Made by a program: the position numbers and the translations under genes. From positions 64,001 through 128,000 of the IMG/VR virus record IMGVR_UViG_3300050821_002122: DNA of 64,000 bases. One strand, given 5' to 3'. This document shows, in pieces, positions 30,653-40,789 of this stretch (the first letter of the stretch is position 1; each line of letters starts with the position of its first letter). Source of the stretch: a virus. The notes beneath the pieces were generated by a model, which saw only the letters and a list, made by a program, of their open reading frames with translations, ran no database searches and was not told where the DNA came from.

Positions 30653-31255
30653 TTAGATACGGACCCTACGTAAAGGAAGGCGAGAAGATTCCTCAACCAT
30701 ACGAACAAGACTCCTTGGTCCATATTTCAGCTCACGCTGCAACGCCACTTCAAGACCGTAGCAACCTATCAAGGTCGCATCGAGTGGGTGGGGTGCAGTT
30801 CGACACACCTTATACATGTAATCAAGAGGTGTGGTGAACCTACGATGCCATTGGTTCTTCCATGTTGCTGCCGTAATGAACTTGCAAGGTAGATCGAGTG
30901 CCCGCATACCGATGATCGCGTTCATGGTACTGACCAACTCTATTAGGGGACCCATACCTCCACGCGATTGAAAGCGTTCGGCGATTACCGCATTCGGCTT
31001 ATACAGGTTCAACCACAAGTCTAGTTCATCCAAGAATACCTGGCGTTGTGTTTTGTGACGGTCAACCAGACTGGTAATTGGATTAGTGAACATCGAGTTC
31101 GCCACCACATCGATTACACCATCTTTTACACCCACAACCGAGATGCCGAAATTACGACTACCGGGATCAAGGGAGAGTATCCGGCAATCGTGTTTTCGTT
31201 TGCAAGGTTCCAGCGTGTATGGCTTATTTGGTTTTGGTATTTTCTTCTTTGCCAT
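30653..31255 (-). CDS. ruvC: RuvC-like Holliday junction resolvase
   Basis: ILSLDPGSRNFG, VIAERF, HPLDATLIG catalytic motifs. Confidence 0.8.
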   Translation of the reverse strand: MAKKKIPKPNKPYTLEPCKRKHDCRILSLDPGSRNFGISVVGVKDGVIDVVANSMFTNPITSLVDRHKTQRQVFLDELDLWLNLYKPNAVIAERFQSRGGMGPLIELVSTMNAIIGMRALDLPCKFITAATWKNQWHRRFTTPLDYMYKVCRTAPHPLDATLIGCYGLEVALQRELKYGPRSLVRMVEESSRLPLRRVRI

Positions 31256-31287
31256 AGCAGTCCCTTATGTATCTCGTAAAATTGAGA

Positions 31288-31593
31288 TCAGGCGAGCAAC
31301 CAAACGATGACACCAGCAAGTAGGTAGGCTACCATGATACGCCAAGTCAGAGGTTCTCCAAAGAACAAAATGCCAATTGATACCGCACACAGCATCTGCA
31401 AAGGGCTGTAGAGAATGACTGCCTCGGCAATACCTCTGGTTTTGTAAACCTGTTGCCAAAAGTAGGCAGTCGATCCCCAACATAAGCCAGTTGTTACCAT
31501 GCAAACGGTTGCCATTAGACCGCTATACGTCGCGCTGTATTTTGAAAACACGTCACCGATAGTTCCTAATATGCCTGCAAGGATTAAATACAT
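31288..31593 (-). CDS. SMR/DMT-like four-helix membrane protein
   Basis: Four hydrophobic helices; GILFFGEPLT motif; ggagg SD before ATG at 31593. Confidence 0.7.
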   Translation of the reverse strand: MYLILAGILGTIGDVFSKYSATYSGLMATVCMVTTGLCWGSTAYFWQQVYKTRGIAEAVILYSPLQMLCAVSIGILFFGEPLTWRIMVAYLLAGVIVWLLA

Positions 31594-31594
31594 C

Positions 31595-33763
31595 CTACCT
31601 CCTGTTGTAGAGACCACCTGATCTGCCTGCGAATGCTGGCATTGGCATCCTGGCCGAATTACCGTTACCATAGTTAAAATCTCGGGCTTCCTTCAAGCGA
31701 TCCATCAATTTTGGGTGGTGGATTTTGCTAGCACCCAGAACCAACGCACGCCATATATCGTCAGTGAAGCCGTCACCTTTATCAGGACAACGGTGCTCAC
31801 CAATATCGCGCACGGTATTTAGTTGTAGGAACAAGTGAGGTACTGGCTTACCGAGCATTTCAGTGCGGTAGTTATCGATCTGCCCATCCAAGATGCGCTG
31901 TTTCTCTTTTGGATCAATGGTGGGTAATATCAGATTCTTATTGGTCAGCATTGCAACTGTGGTGTCGAAGTCTTTACGCTTTGGCGAATATTGTGTTGCC
32001 TTGCAGCGCACCTTTTGCAAGGGGTTGTTTCCCATATCCTCTTGGATACGGTACAGCAGGTCAATACCTTGCCAGCGATCAGCGATCATCGCAACAGCGT
32101 TGGTGTCTTTGGCTAAAGGTAATATGGCGTGAGTGTAAAGCAGATTGAAGTTGATGAGACGACCCTCTTGCGGCATGCATTCCAGTATCGTATGCGCTAC
32201 AGTCTTGCCGGTATCGAAATCATAGTGCATGGAAAGAATCACGAACGAGTTATTCACATGGCCTGCGTCAAGAAGAATCACCGAAGGCCAGCGCGTGGTG
32301 CGAATACGTTCAATGCGTCCGTAAATTTCGTCTGGTCGGTCGAATGCATATTGGAAGTTGTGCGAGTTCTGACCATTGACAAACGTGCCCTCTTCGTACG
32401 CCTTGATGGGTACATAGCGGCTATGGACCGTCGGTGGATTGGCGCCCCAGTCACGCTCTGCCTTTTCATAGTTAGAGGCGTAGGCCGAGGCGATCATAGG
32501 TGTGTCACGTTCCATGGAAGGGTTGACCTCCCATGTTGGTAAATTCACACCTAGGATGAATTTGGAGCCAACTTCAGTGCGCGACTCGCGCAGAAGGCGC
32601 ATCATTTTATCGCGTAGGCTGTAAGGAGAAGAAACCGAACCCATGATGCATGGTGGTGCCGAACTCATGCCCTCTTTCAACAAGCGCCAGCGAATGGCCT
32701 GTACGGTAGCCAAGCTATTCAACAGCGACTTGTGGGCCTCGTCTGCGTTGGCGCGCTCGCTTTCCGAATCTTCCTCTTCATCACCTTTCGGTAATGGGAA
32801 CAGACCCAACTCATCGATACCTGCTAGAATGCGCGTATCACCTCGAAGCGTAGATGAGCGAGGACCGGTCGGGTAGAAGCGAATGTTCTTGTGGTAGATA
32901 TCCATATACAGGCTGGATACCCTATAGAAGTCCTTACCATATTTGGCCTTGGCTTGGTCAAGAACCGCAAAGTATGATTGGAACCACTTGGACTTCTCAA
33001 TCAGTTTTTTGAACGGTGTCCACATAACACCAATTGCTTTGGCGAAATTCAGGCTCACGAATGTGCCCGTCAACAGAGTGGAGGCCTGCATCTCTGACCG
33101 AGCCAACGATTCCAAGTCAGGGAACGTCAGGTAGCAGTGTGCAACGTAGGTAGCGTAACCAGCTGCAAACGAACTGGACTTACCACTACGTTGACCCAGC
33201 ACGTTCACCAATTGCTGGTAATCGTTTAGCCTGAAGTTCTTAATCAGGTCGTACTTGTGACGCTTGCATTTAGGACAGACGCCGTGTTCCAATAGCGTCA
33301 TGTGCTTAATGATCTCCTCACTATGCATCGATTTGGGTAACCGATGTACGTCAAGGTATTCCGGTTTGGTACACGCAGTACACACTTCACCGAACAACAT
33401 GATACCTGTCCACATCTGCTTCATCCAAGGTGGATTGGCATCACGCCCAATGATGTGATAAGCGTAATCGTAGTAATTTTTGGCACGCGGCAGATCACGG
33501 TCATCAATGCGCAGGTTACGCATCGTGCCAGTAACTGGGTCTTCTGCCATCTTCATCAACGTCCGCACATCGAAATCATCACCGTAACTATCTGGCATAA
33601 TGATCTCTTGGTCGTCTGGCAGTATGATCTTCGTCTTCTTGCCCTCACCTTTGCTAGCCGTATCCCATTTGGCTATCATCTCCAGATCGGAGTCAGATGT
33701 CAGATCAGGAAATAGGTCATTAAGAAGAACTATCTTCCTTACTTTCTTTGGAACGTCTTTCAT
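31595..33763 (-). CDS. terL: Terminase large subunit
   Basis: Walker A LGQRSGKS, Walker B ILAGIDELG, nuclease LLDAGHVNNSF and DDIWRA. Confidence 0.9.
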   Translation of the reverse strand: MKDVPKKVRKIVLLNDLFPDLTSDSDLEMIAKWDTASKGEGKKTKIILPDDQEIIMPDSYGDDFDVRTLMKMAEDPVTGTMRNLRIDDRDLPRAKNYYDYAYHIIGRDANPPWMKQMWTGIMLFGEVCTACTKPEYLDVHRLPKSMHSEEIIKHMTLLEHGVCPKCKRHKYDLIKNFRLNDYQQLVNVLGQRSGKSSSFAAGYATYVAHCYLTFPDLESLARSEMQASTLLTGTFVSLNFAKAIGVMWTPFKKLIEKSKWFQSYFAVLDQAKAKYGKDFYRVSSLYMDIYHKNIRFYPTGPRSSTLRGDTRILAGIDELGLFPLPKGDEEEDSESERANADEAHKSLLNSLATVQAIRWRLLKEGMSSAPPCIMGSVSSPYSLRDKMMRLLRESRTEVGSKFILGVNLPTWEVNPSMERDTPMIASAYASNYEKAERDWGANPPTVHSRYVPIKAYEEGTFVNGQNSHNFQYAFDRPDEIYGRIERIRTTRWPSVILLDAGHVNNSFVILSMHYDFDTGKTVAHTILECMPQEGRLINFNLLYTHAILPLAKDTNAVAMIADRWQGIDLLYRIQEDMGNNPLQKVRCKATQYSPKRKDFDTTVAMLTNKNLILPTIDPKEKQRILDGQIDNYRTEMLGKPVPHLFLQLNTVRDIGEHRCPDKGDGFTDDIWRALVLGASKIHHPKLMDRLKEARDFNYGNGNSARMPMPAFAGRSGGLYNRR

Positions 33764-34343
33764 TTGGATTCCCCATTGGTATCGGTATTGGCATGATCTG
33801 TGGTTGCTTTGGTGCTACCGATGCCATAATGGCAGCAGCTTCATCAGGCTCCAGACCGTAGTAGCGCGCTATAAACTTCGACATCTTGATGTTGGCAGCA
33901 GTGGCGCTCATACGGTCAAATTTAGCGAATAGGGTTCCGTCTACTTCCGTGTTTAACAGACGTTGTACAACTTGCTGTGCTTGTGTTGCACCTGCCGAAC
34001 CGGCCATCGTCAATGGTCCTACCTCCTTGAGGAAGAATTCCCTGACTGCTTCTATGTTAGCCTCTATCTTGCTTGGTGCTTCTTTGCGGTAACCCTTCAA
34101 TCGGGCCTCAATCTCGTGGTCTATGGGGACCAGTTCCTTACGCCGGGTAATACTACTTCTCTTCTGCACCTCTGTGTAAATCGAATCGGAAAGCACAAAA
34201 AAGAAGCGACTTTTACGCCGCTTCTTTTGTGGTTCTGCTTGCGCCTTCGGTGAAGGCATTGCATAGGCTAGTTCCGACAGCGCACTAAGTATTCCGTCGG
34301 CCTTATCCTCCTCTTTGGTGTCTGTCAGGACTAGGCTATTCAT
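33720..34343 (-). CDS. Hypothetical protein upstream of TerL (small terminase candidate)
   Basis: Position only; helical 207 aa. Confidence 0.4.
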   Translation of the reverse strand: MNSLVLTDTKEEDKADGILSALSELAYAMPSPKAQAEPQKKRRKSRFFFVLSDSIYTEVQKRSSITRRKELVPIDHEIEARLKGYRKEAPSKIEANIEAVREFFLKEVGPLTMAGSAGATQAQQVVQRLLNTEVDGTLFAKFDRMSATAANIKMSKFIARYYGLEPDEAAAIMASVAPKQPQIMPIPIPMGNPNERRSKESKEDSSS

Positions 34344-35780
34344 TTACTCTCCGTCAGGTTCTTCGTTGCATGCTACGTAAAGTTCCTCACCCTTGCCGCT
34401 AGCGATCTGCTTGAAGCAGTATGCTCGCAACGACATCGATTTGAAGCCAGCTTTCTTACTGATCTTAATCATTTGGTCACGATCACCCAACACCCAGGCC
34501 TTGTAGTCGTACCAGCTTAGGGGCTTGGCAGTACCGAGCCCGTCAAGCTTGAGCGTCAGTTTCTCTCGGCCTTTGCCAGCCAGTTGACCAGTCAAGCGTA
34601 GGTAGTGTATGGTATCGAAGAACGGATCGAAACCACGGGCTACACCGCTACCGTCTTGCTCCCATATACGTACCCAGACTTTACGACCTGGTGTCCACAG
34701 CTTGTTCTTGATGGCCTTGACCTGAATGTAGCGATAGATATCCTTACCTTCGAATTCGACGGACTTCTCAACCTCGCTGCGGTTATCATTGAAGTTCTTT
34801 GGCCACAAAGGCATACCGGAAGCACGCGCAGTATTACGAGTGCGAACGTCAGAATTGAAACGCAGAGCCTTCCCGCCTGGTTCTTGTTCTTTCGGACCGT
34901 ACATAGCCATCGGGATATCGCGCAACTGATTTACACCCAGCAATGCTACCATCTTTTCAGCCAAACGACCCTTGACTCGTGGCAAATGCTTGGCAAACAT
35001 CCGAGCGGCTAAGCCAAGGCTGTTGTTTGCATCCTCTTCATCATTGGCGGCTGGATTCATGGCTGGGTACGAGTCAACAAAGAAGATACCCTGCAGATTG
35101 CCGTCCGGTGCCGGAAGCCAGTAGCCTTTGCCGTATTTCTTGGTCATCGACGAGTCAGCCATATCCCCGTATTTGGCCTTATTCTCCTTTGTCTCATCGA
35201 AGCGCAACCACCATTTCTTGGCAATAAATTTCTTGTCTGGTAACTTACGTAGAACCTCCGACATGTAGTCGAAGAATTTATCGCCAACAGATTCAGAGTG
35301 GTAGCGAACTATTGGGCGTATTACCCACTTACCCGTATCTTCATCTCGTTTGCCGAATAGTTGATTTTTCTCCAACTTAACTCCAGCGCCACGAATGATC
35401 GATTCTACGTAACGCTTGGAGTTTCGGGTACTCCCCTCATAATCCCAAAATTCCAACAAGGGAATCTTCGCCTTAATAGCGTTGGCCATGACGGTCAGCG
35501 TATTAGTTGTCTTCGCTGTCTGCTCCCAACCCGAGGAAGTGTACATGCCAGCGCGAACACCACCACCGAGTTGGATATCAAGGCACAGCATGCCGGTAGA
35601 CATCGGGTCACCAATGTCCAAGCTGGAGACCTCTACGCCTTGACGGCGAGCGATTACATCCAGTTGATCCCCGTAGATGGAGGCATAATCGAACTTCTCG
35701 GTTGATCCTTTTTTCTTCTTGGATTTCGGCTCTTCCGCTTCGACATCAACCTCTACGTCTTTCTGTTTCTTTTTTGCCAT
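34344..35780 (-). CDS. RecA/UvsX-like recombinase
   Basis: STG...LDI.LGGG, GWEQTAKTT, FFVDS, NQLR, EPGGKALRF. Confidence 0.85.
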   Translation of the reverse strand: MAKKKQKDVEVDVEAEEPKSKKKKGSTEKFDYASIYGDQLDVIARRQGVEVSSLDIGDPMSTGMLCLDIQLGGGVRAGMYTSSGWEQTAKTTNTLTVMANAIKAKIPLLEFWDYEGSTRNSKRYVESIIRGAGVKLEKNQLFGKRDEDTGKWVIRPIVRYHSESVGDKFFDYMSEVLRKLPDKKFIAKKWWLRFDETKENKAKYGDMADSSMTKKYGKGYWLPAPDGNLQGIFFVDSYPAMNPAANDEEDANNSLGLAARMFAKHLPRVKGRLAEKMVALLGVNQLRDIPMAMYGPKEQEPGGKALRFNSDVRTRNTARASGMPLWPKNFNDNRSEVEKSVEFEGKDIYRYIQVKAIKNKLWTPGRKVWVRIWEQDGSGVARGFDPFFDTIHYLRLTGQLAGKGREKLTLKLDGLGTAKPLSWYDYKAWVLGDRDQMIKISKKAGFKSMSLRAYCFKQIASGKGEELYVACNEEPDGE

Positions 35781-35798
35781 GTTAGCTCCGTGATAGAC

Positions 35799-35840
35799 AA
35801 AAGAAAAGCCCCAGCCTGAGCTACCTCTACCGGCTGGGGC
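35799..35840 (-). terminator. Intrinsic terminator after SSB gene
   Basis: gccccagcc...ggctggggc hairpin followed by ttttctttt on minus strand. Confidence 0.8.
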
Positions 35841-35849
35841 GACTCTTAA

Positions 35850-37391
35850 TTACTTCTTCTTGGACTTTTTCTTTTTCTTCGCTGGAGGTTCGTCATCGTA
35901 ATCCTCATCATCCTCATCATCCTCATCGTCATCCAGGTCGTCGTCGAGGTCATCATCGTCCTCGTCATCGTCTTTGGATTTCTTCGACTTGCCTTTTGCC
36001 TTCACCTTGGGCTTGCTTTTGGATTTCTTGCCCTTCTTGGGTTCGTCATCCTCCTCGTCTTCGTCCTCATCGTCGTCTTCATCGTCGAGGTCATCATCAT
36101 CCTCCTCGTCTTCGTCTTCGTCCTCATCATCTTTCTTCGACTTGCCCTTCGACTTCGCTTTTACCTTGGACTTTCCTTTGCCTTTCTTTGGCTCGTCGTC
36201 TTCATCCTCATCATCGTCATCCTCATCATCGTCATCGTCATCATCATCGTCCTCGTCATCATCGTCACGGGATTTCTTCGATTTCGATTTACCTTTCGAT
36301 TTGCCCTTTTTGGGCTTCTCATCCTCATCGTCGTCATCGTCCTCATCGTCGTCATCGTCCTCATCGTCGTCATCGTCGTCGAGGTCATCATCCTCATCTT
36401 TGGACTTCTTGCCCTTCGATTTTGATTTGGACTTCTTGCCCTTCTTGGGTTCGTCATCCTCATCTTCATCGTCGTCATCCAGGTCATCGTCATCGCGCGA
36501 TTTGGATTTCTTGGCTTTGCCCTTGGACTTCTTGCCCTTCTTTGGCTCGTCGTCGTCATCCAGGTCATCGTCTGGCAGGTCGTCTTCGTCCTCGTCGTCA
36601 TCCTTCTTGGATTTTTTACCCTTCAGCTTAATGCCGTTGCGTTTGGCCCAACCTTCGAAGTCGGCTTTTACCTCAGCTGCTTTCATCGGTTCTTCCAGAT
36701 CGCTCAGATCGTATTTCAGGTATTCCATTTCCTCTTCGGTCAACGGAGTGCGCTTACCGATGACTACCTGATACTGGTTGGCCGGCTCTTTGGTCGAGTC
36801 GTACATGATGCGGATATCGCAACCATACTTCTCATGCGTGACCGGGTAAGCTTTGGCGCCACCCTTCTTGCTTTCGACGATGTTCAGGCCGCCTTGCTCT
36901 TTGATCTTGGTCAGCGCTGAGGTAGTCAGGCGAACCGGCACGATTGGCGTCCACGAGTCGGAGTCTTTGTCTTTGAAGCCGGCTTTGCGTTCGCTTTTGG
37001 TATGCTTCGGTTTCTTACGTGGTTCGTCTTTCTGCGCCTTACGCAGGATCGCATTGATGAAGCCTTGCTTGGAGAAGTTACCACATTGGTCCTTCTGCTC
37101 CATATCCGACTGCGAAGCGATCAGATCGCGCCATGGATCGTATATGGCGCCATCACGTTGCTGCGTTGCCGCATCATACGAGGGGCATGGCGTGTAGAAC
37201 GTGGTCTTTTTGCCCTCTTTGTTCTTGGTCTTGATCCAGTAGCCACCGTAGGTGTAGATCGAACCAATCAAACGCAGTTCAACCCACTTCTTTTCAGGGA
37301 ACTTGAACTGCGGGATTTTGTCACTGATCTTGCCACGTTTGTTGCCACCGCCTGCTAGTACATCGTTGAGGTCCGTGCCCTTTTGTGCCAT
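35850..37391 (-). CDS. ssDNA-binding protein (gp32-like) with ~250-aa D/E and K block tail
   Basis: N-terminal aromatic/basic core (ELRLIG...YW, GCDIRI) adjacent to recA; long low-complexity C-terminus. Confidence 0.65.
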   Translation of the reverse strand: MAQKGTDLNDVLAGGGNKRGKISDKIPQFKFPEKKWVELRLIGSIYTYGGYWIKTKNKEGKKTTFYTPCPSYDAATQQRDGAIYDPWRDLIASQSDMEQKDQCGNFSKQGFINAILRKAQKDEPRKKPKHTKSERKAGFKDKDSDSWTPIVPVRLTTSALTKIKEQGGLNIVESKKGGAKAYPVTHEKYGCDIRIMYDSTKEPANQYQVVIGKRTPLTEEEMEYLKYDLSDLEEPMKAAEVKADFEGWAKRNGIKLKGKKSKKDDDEDEDDLPDDDLDDDDEPKKGKKSKGKAKKSKSRDDDDLDDDDEDEDDEPKKGKKSKSKSKGKKSKDEDDDLDDDDDDEDDDDDEDDDDDEDEKPKKGKSKGKSKSKKSRDDDDEDDDDDDDDDEDDDDEDEDDEPKKGKGKSKVKAKSKGKSKKDDEDEDEDEEDDDDLDDEDDDEDEDEEDDEPKKGKKSKSKPKVKAKGKSKKSKDDDEDDDDLDDDLDDDEDDEDDEDYDDEPPAKKKKKSKKK

Positions 37392-37418
37392 TTGATGCTC
37401 CTGTTACGGTTGAGTTAT

Positions 37419-37814
37419 TTATACGCCAGATACTAAGCAGCCCGTAGAATGCACGAGTTTGCCTTCACTGTCTACGGACACCACACCGAGATAATCTCTC
37501 GGCAAATTCAATTCTGTTTGAGTGTTTGGGTGATAAAAGGCTGGCGTCAAAATATCCATGCCAAACAAAACTGCCATGACACCTTTGTCTACTATTTCCT
37601 TTTCACCATAAGGGTCTATCAGACTGTAGAAGTCCGAGTCGGCGATCATGGTAGCGTACACACTACCTCCGCATATCAAAACGCGATTCTTGGCGTGTGC
37701 ATTCGCCGCAAGTGACATCTCCGCGATCAGCTTCGGCGACATGGGTATCCTGAATTCAGGCACCTCAGTTGCTGCTGCCGCTCCGATGTAACTTATGCAT
37801 TGTTCGAGGTTCAT
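37419..37814 (-). CDS. Hypothetical protein, paralog of 41708-42091
   Basis: ATGA overlap with upstream gene; shared IDP..E.....G..A..FGM.I.T.A motif. Confidence 0.6.
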   Translation of the reverse strand: MNLEQCISYIGAAAATEVPEFRIPMSPKLIAEMSLAANAHAKNRVLICGGSVYATMIADSDFYSLIDPYGEKEIVDKGVMAVLFGMDILTPAFYHPNTQTELNLPRDYLGVVSVDSEGKLVHSTGCLVSGV

Positions 37815-38146
37815 CTTGACTCCGATAGTGTTAGCGCTTGTATGATCTGCACCATACCAGCTTTCGTTTTCTCGTCTGTGGTCTCCCTTGCTAACTGGTT
37901 CAGAGACATCAGCGTAGTCTGAATAAGACCAGCATACTGATCGCACTTTTGGATGCCACGTTCATCCATGTGCTTCATGATATTATTTACTAGCTCACGA
38001 ATACCGTCTTCGCCCAGCTTCTCGGTAAGCAGTTGGGCCGTAGTCCCTTCCGCCTGTTTGGCGCGAAGTTGGTAATCTTGCAGCAGGTTCTTGTATGCCT
38101 GGACCACGACGTTAGGGCCTGTCTGTTGCGTATCAAGACGGCTCAT
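37811..38146 (-). CDS. Small helical hypothetical protein
   Basis: gagg SD before ATG 38146; coiled-coil character. Confidence 0.5.
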   Translation of the reverse strand: MSRLDTQQTGPNVVVQAYKNLLQDYQLRAKQAEGTTAQLLTEKLGEDGIRELVNNIMKHMDERGIQKCDQYAGLIQTTLMSLNQLARETTDEKTKAGMVQIIQALTLSESR

Positions 38147-39101
38147 ATACCAGTGCCTCCAATAGTTGTCGATCAGTCGGTGATACGTATTGCGGGATGC
38201 CCAGCGAGGTCCTGACCAAGCCATGTGGATCAGTGCAATACGCGACGTAGGCTACGTGTGCCCACAGCTCGCTTTCAACGTCTGGATTAGTGACACCGAT
38301 GAAGTCGTGTACCGCATCGCCATGTTCTTCTATCAGACCTTCGTAAGAAGAATCCGATGTGCCTTGCGCGAGTTGCGCTACCTCACCCTTTGCTGACTTG
38401 TACCAATTCTGGATGAAGGTCGTCAGTACACCCTGCCGAGGATCGCATCGGTCAACCGAACGTGATACGATTACCATGTATATCTGCACGATGTCGTCCA
38501 GCTTGACCAGGTAGCTGAAGTCTTTATAGGTCCGCTGCGCGTTCATGATCGTCATGCGCGCATACTTCTCGATGATCTTATTTTTCCATCCGATGGCTTT
38601 GGTGTCCCAGAACTTCGTCTCCTGTATTGCTTGATAGAGATTACCTTGAGGTCGAAGTCCTATGTTGGTTTCAATGCGATGCGTGATCGACCGACGAATC
38701 TCTGGCTTCAGCTTAACGAACTGAAGCTCAGTATAGGTTTTTAGGTAGCGCAAGAAAAAGCCCACAAGACCGAACAGCAAGCCACGGTTAATGTACATCT
38801 CCCGTATATTCGTGAAGGCTTTCTCTTGATCTTCTGCGATCAGTGCATTGAACAATTGGATCGGTAATTTCTGCCGATCGTTGGACGTGAATTTAGCGCT
38901 GGAGCGCAAGCTCTGTCGTGCAACCACTTTAGCAAAGTAGGTGTAGAACAAAGAGGGACACTCGGTGGCTATGGGATGCAAGGACTTCCAAATGAAGGAG
39001 TCCAGCGTTTGCAGATATTGTAGGCTGGTGTAGTTTGTGGTAATCGACTCTTTGGAAATTTTAATCTGGTCAAATACCTGACTATGTTCGTAACTGGCCA
39101 A
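38133..39101 (-). CDS. Sigma-70-like transcription factor (region 2)
   Basis: LDDIVQIYMVIVSRSVDRCDPRQGVLTTFIQNWYK parallels sigma region 2 (DLIQ...AV..FDP..G...TY..WW). Confidence 0.65.
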   Translation of the reverse strand: MASYEHSQVFDQIKISKESITTNYTSLQYLQTLDSFIWKSLHPIATECPSLFYTYFAKVVARQSLRSSAKFTSNDRQKLPIQLFNALIAEDQEKAFTNIREMYINRGLLFGLVGFFLRYLKTYTELQFVKLKPEIRRSITHRIETNIGLRPQGNLYQAIQETKFWDTKAIGWKNKIIEKYARMTIMNAQRTYKDFSYLVKLDDIVQIYMVIVSRSVDRCDPRQGVLTTFIQNWYKSAKGEVAQLAQGTSDSSYEGLIEEHGDAVHDFIGVTNPDVESELWAHVAYVAYCTDPHGLVRTSLGIPQYVSPTDRQLLEALVYEPS

Positions 39102-39149
39102 GGTGTTTCCTTTCAGTTCAATCTTCGCAATTCCCTAACATCATAGCCA

Positions 39150-39575
39150 TTACAGGTACCCTTGCGGAAGTTTTGGTTTGATGAGGTTGACCAATGCTAC
39201 CTGATGCTTACACAAGCCGATCTTGAAGGTCGGATTGGTAGTGGTAGGAGGCTCTCCATTGGAGTACTCGATTTCTGCGGCACCTTTTTGTGTATTGGCC
39301 CACTCCCACCGGAAGGTCTGGTCTCCGCAAGAGCAGCTTGCTACAACGTGTAGTTTCTTATCAACGAAGGTCAGCATCGTCAAATACCGATGCTTGTTAG
39401 TGTTGCGGACCATACGACCGTCTGCGCCTACCTTATGGGTGGAGTAAGTCTGAGCCGCAATGTAGCCTTGACCCAGCTTGTTGTGACCTATCTTGGTCTT
39501 GATGATCTTGACGTAGGCCGCACGTTGCTTGCGGTGTTCATCAGTTCTCGCCATCAGAGATTTCAGTGCGCGCAT
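39150..39575 (-). CDS. SWIM-type zinc-finger protein
   Basis: CSCGD...GLCKH (CxC...CxH). Confidence 0.65.
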   Translation of the reverse strand: MRALKSLMARTDEHRKQRAAYVKIIKTKIGHNKLGQGYIAAQTYSTHKVGADGRMVRNTNKHRYLTMLTFVDKKLHVVASCSCGDQTFRWEWANTQKGAAEIEYSNGEPPTTTNPTFKIGLCKHQVALVNLIKPKLPQGYL

Positions 39576-39600
39576 CGCATTCTCCTTGAAAGAATTAAAT

Positions 39601-39768
39601 TCACGGAATCGGTTTGCTCAGCTTGCCGTAGAGACTAACTGAGGCCCAAGACGCGAAGCCCATAAAGGTCATCATGAGACCATGCCAGTGACCGCTAAAG
39701 AAACCGTGGATGGCTAATCCAGCGAAGATGAGGGTCGTGACGATGCTAAACCACTTGATGAATTTCAT
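39601..39768 (-). CDS. Small two-helix membrane protein
   Basis: Two hydrophobic segments; ggtgga SD-like before ATG 39768. Confidence 0.5.
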   Translation of the reverse strand: MKFIKWFSIVTTLIFAGLAIHGFFSGHWHGLMMTFMGFASWASVSLYGKLSKPIP

Positions 39769-40177
39769 AGGGATTCCACCTGTAGGCAAAAAGAAGAAGG
39801 GTCATATTGTCATGACGGAAGGAGATTGGTGTGGCTTCATTACGGCGTACCACAGGACCAGCAGCGTTACGGCCCTCCGATATAGGAGCCGGAAACATAC
39901 CACGCCGCGCATCAACAATGAATGCGTCGATCTTCTCTTTGGTACCTGGCCCATAGCAAACTGCCTGTCGCTTGCCATTGTAGCTGCCTCGATTTCGTAC
40001 CACTATGATTGCTCCGTAATCGCGCATCGTCTGCAAGTGATTGCGCGCGGTGCTGTCTGATATAACGAAGTGATTGGCGAGATCAGCGGACGTAGCGCAG
40101 TGGGTTCTCATATACTCTGCCGAATTCTCCAGCATCACCTCTCGGGTGACTGCTCTGTTTCTTCGTATTAAGGTCAT
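39746..40177 (-). CDS. Winged-HTH DNA-binding protein
   Basis: TSADLANHFVISDSTARNHLQTM HTH pattern. Confidence 0.6.
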   Translation of the reverse strand: MTLIRRNRAVTREVMLENSAEYMRTHCATSADLANHFVISDSTARNHLQTMRDYGAIIVVRNRGSYNGKRQAVCYGPGTKEKIDAFIVDARRGMFPAPISEGRNAAGPVVRRNEATPISFRHDNMTLLLFAYRWNPYEIHQVV

Positions 40178-40186
40178 GGTAAGCTC

Positions 40187-40789
40187 CTATTTGGATCGCC
40201 AGGCTTCGATTTCTGACATGCGCGTACCGTAATGTTTCACCTTATCAGCATCACGCTGGCCGCTGTTACCAGCTTTACGCTTACCCATTCGTGCAGCCGC
40301 CTTACGCCAGATTGCCTTGAAGGCTTCACCTTCAAAGAAGTCCATTTCTAGGTGCGCAATAATATCCTCGCACTCAGCTTTGTAAGGCTCCAGACGTTTC
40401 GGGTGGTGAATATCGGCAAGATAGTAATTGACGTCACCTCCACTATTTTCTGGTTCTATCTCCGACGGAATGGCGCGCCTGAACTCATCCTGTGTAACCG
40501 CGCAAGATGCACCGACGCCGGGACCTATGTCGAGAATAGAGAGATCATCCGAAAAGGCATCAGGGTATAATTCTACTTCACCGAATTTACGGGCGACTAT
40601 AGCTACCTTCTTCCTTTCGTGTTCAACAACGCGCTCGTCGACCGTAATACGGTAACTGAATCCCATCTCAGTAAGTTCTTCGATAACCTCAGCTACGACG
40701 AAGCAACTATCCAGAATTCGTTTGACCAACTCTGCGCGTGCGCCCACTGACTTGGGATTAACTACTCGCAAGATAGATACCTGGCTCAT
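40187..40789 (-). CDS. DUF3310/SaV-like domain protein with N-terminal extension
   Basis: GGDVNYY...ECEDII..L.MDFFEGEAFKAIWR...DA.K..HY. Confidence 0.7.
   Translation of the reverse strand: MSQVSILRVVNPKSVGARAELVKRILDSCFVVAEVIEELTEMGFSYRITVDERVVEHERKKVAIVARKFGEVELYPDAFSDDLSILDIGPGVGASCAVTQDEFRRAIPSEIEPENSGGDVNYYLADIHHPKRLEPYKAECEDIIAHLEMDFFEGEAFKAIWRKAAARMGKRKAGNSGQRDADKVKHYGTRMSEIEAWRSK

Noticed and set aside
35850-36620. CRISPR array or DNA tandem-repeat element
   Set aside because: Repeats are degenerate Asp/Glu/Lys codons within an open frame; no constant repeat with unique spacers. No CRISPR array seen anywhere in the window
35974-36771. Plus-strand poly-Ser ORF (265 aa) and overlapping His/Arg/Pro-rich ORF
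   Set aside because: Antisense shadows of the acidic SSB tail
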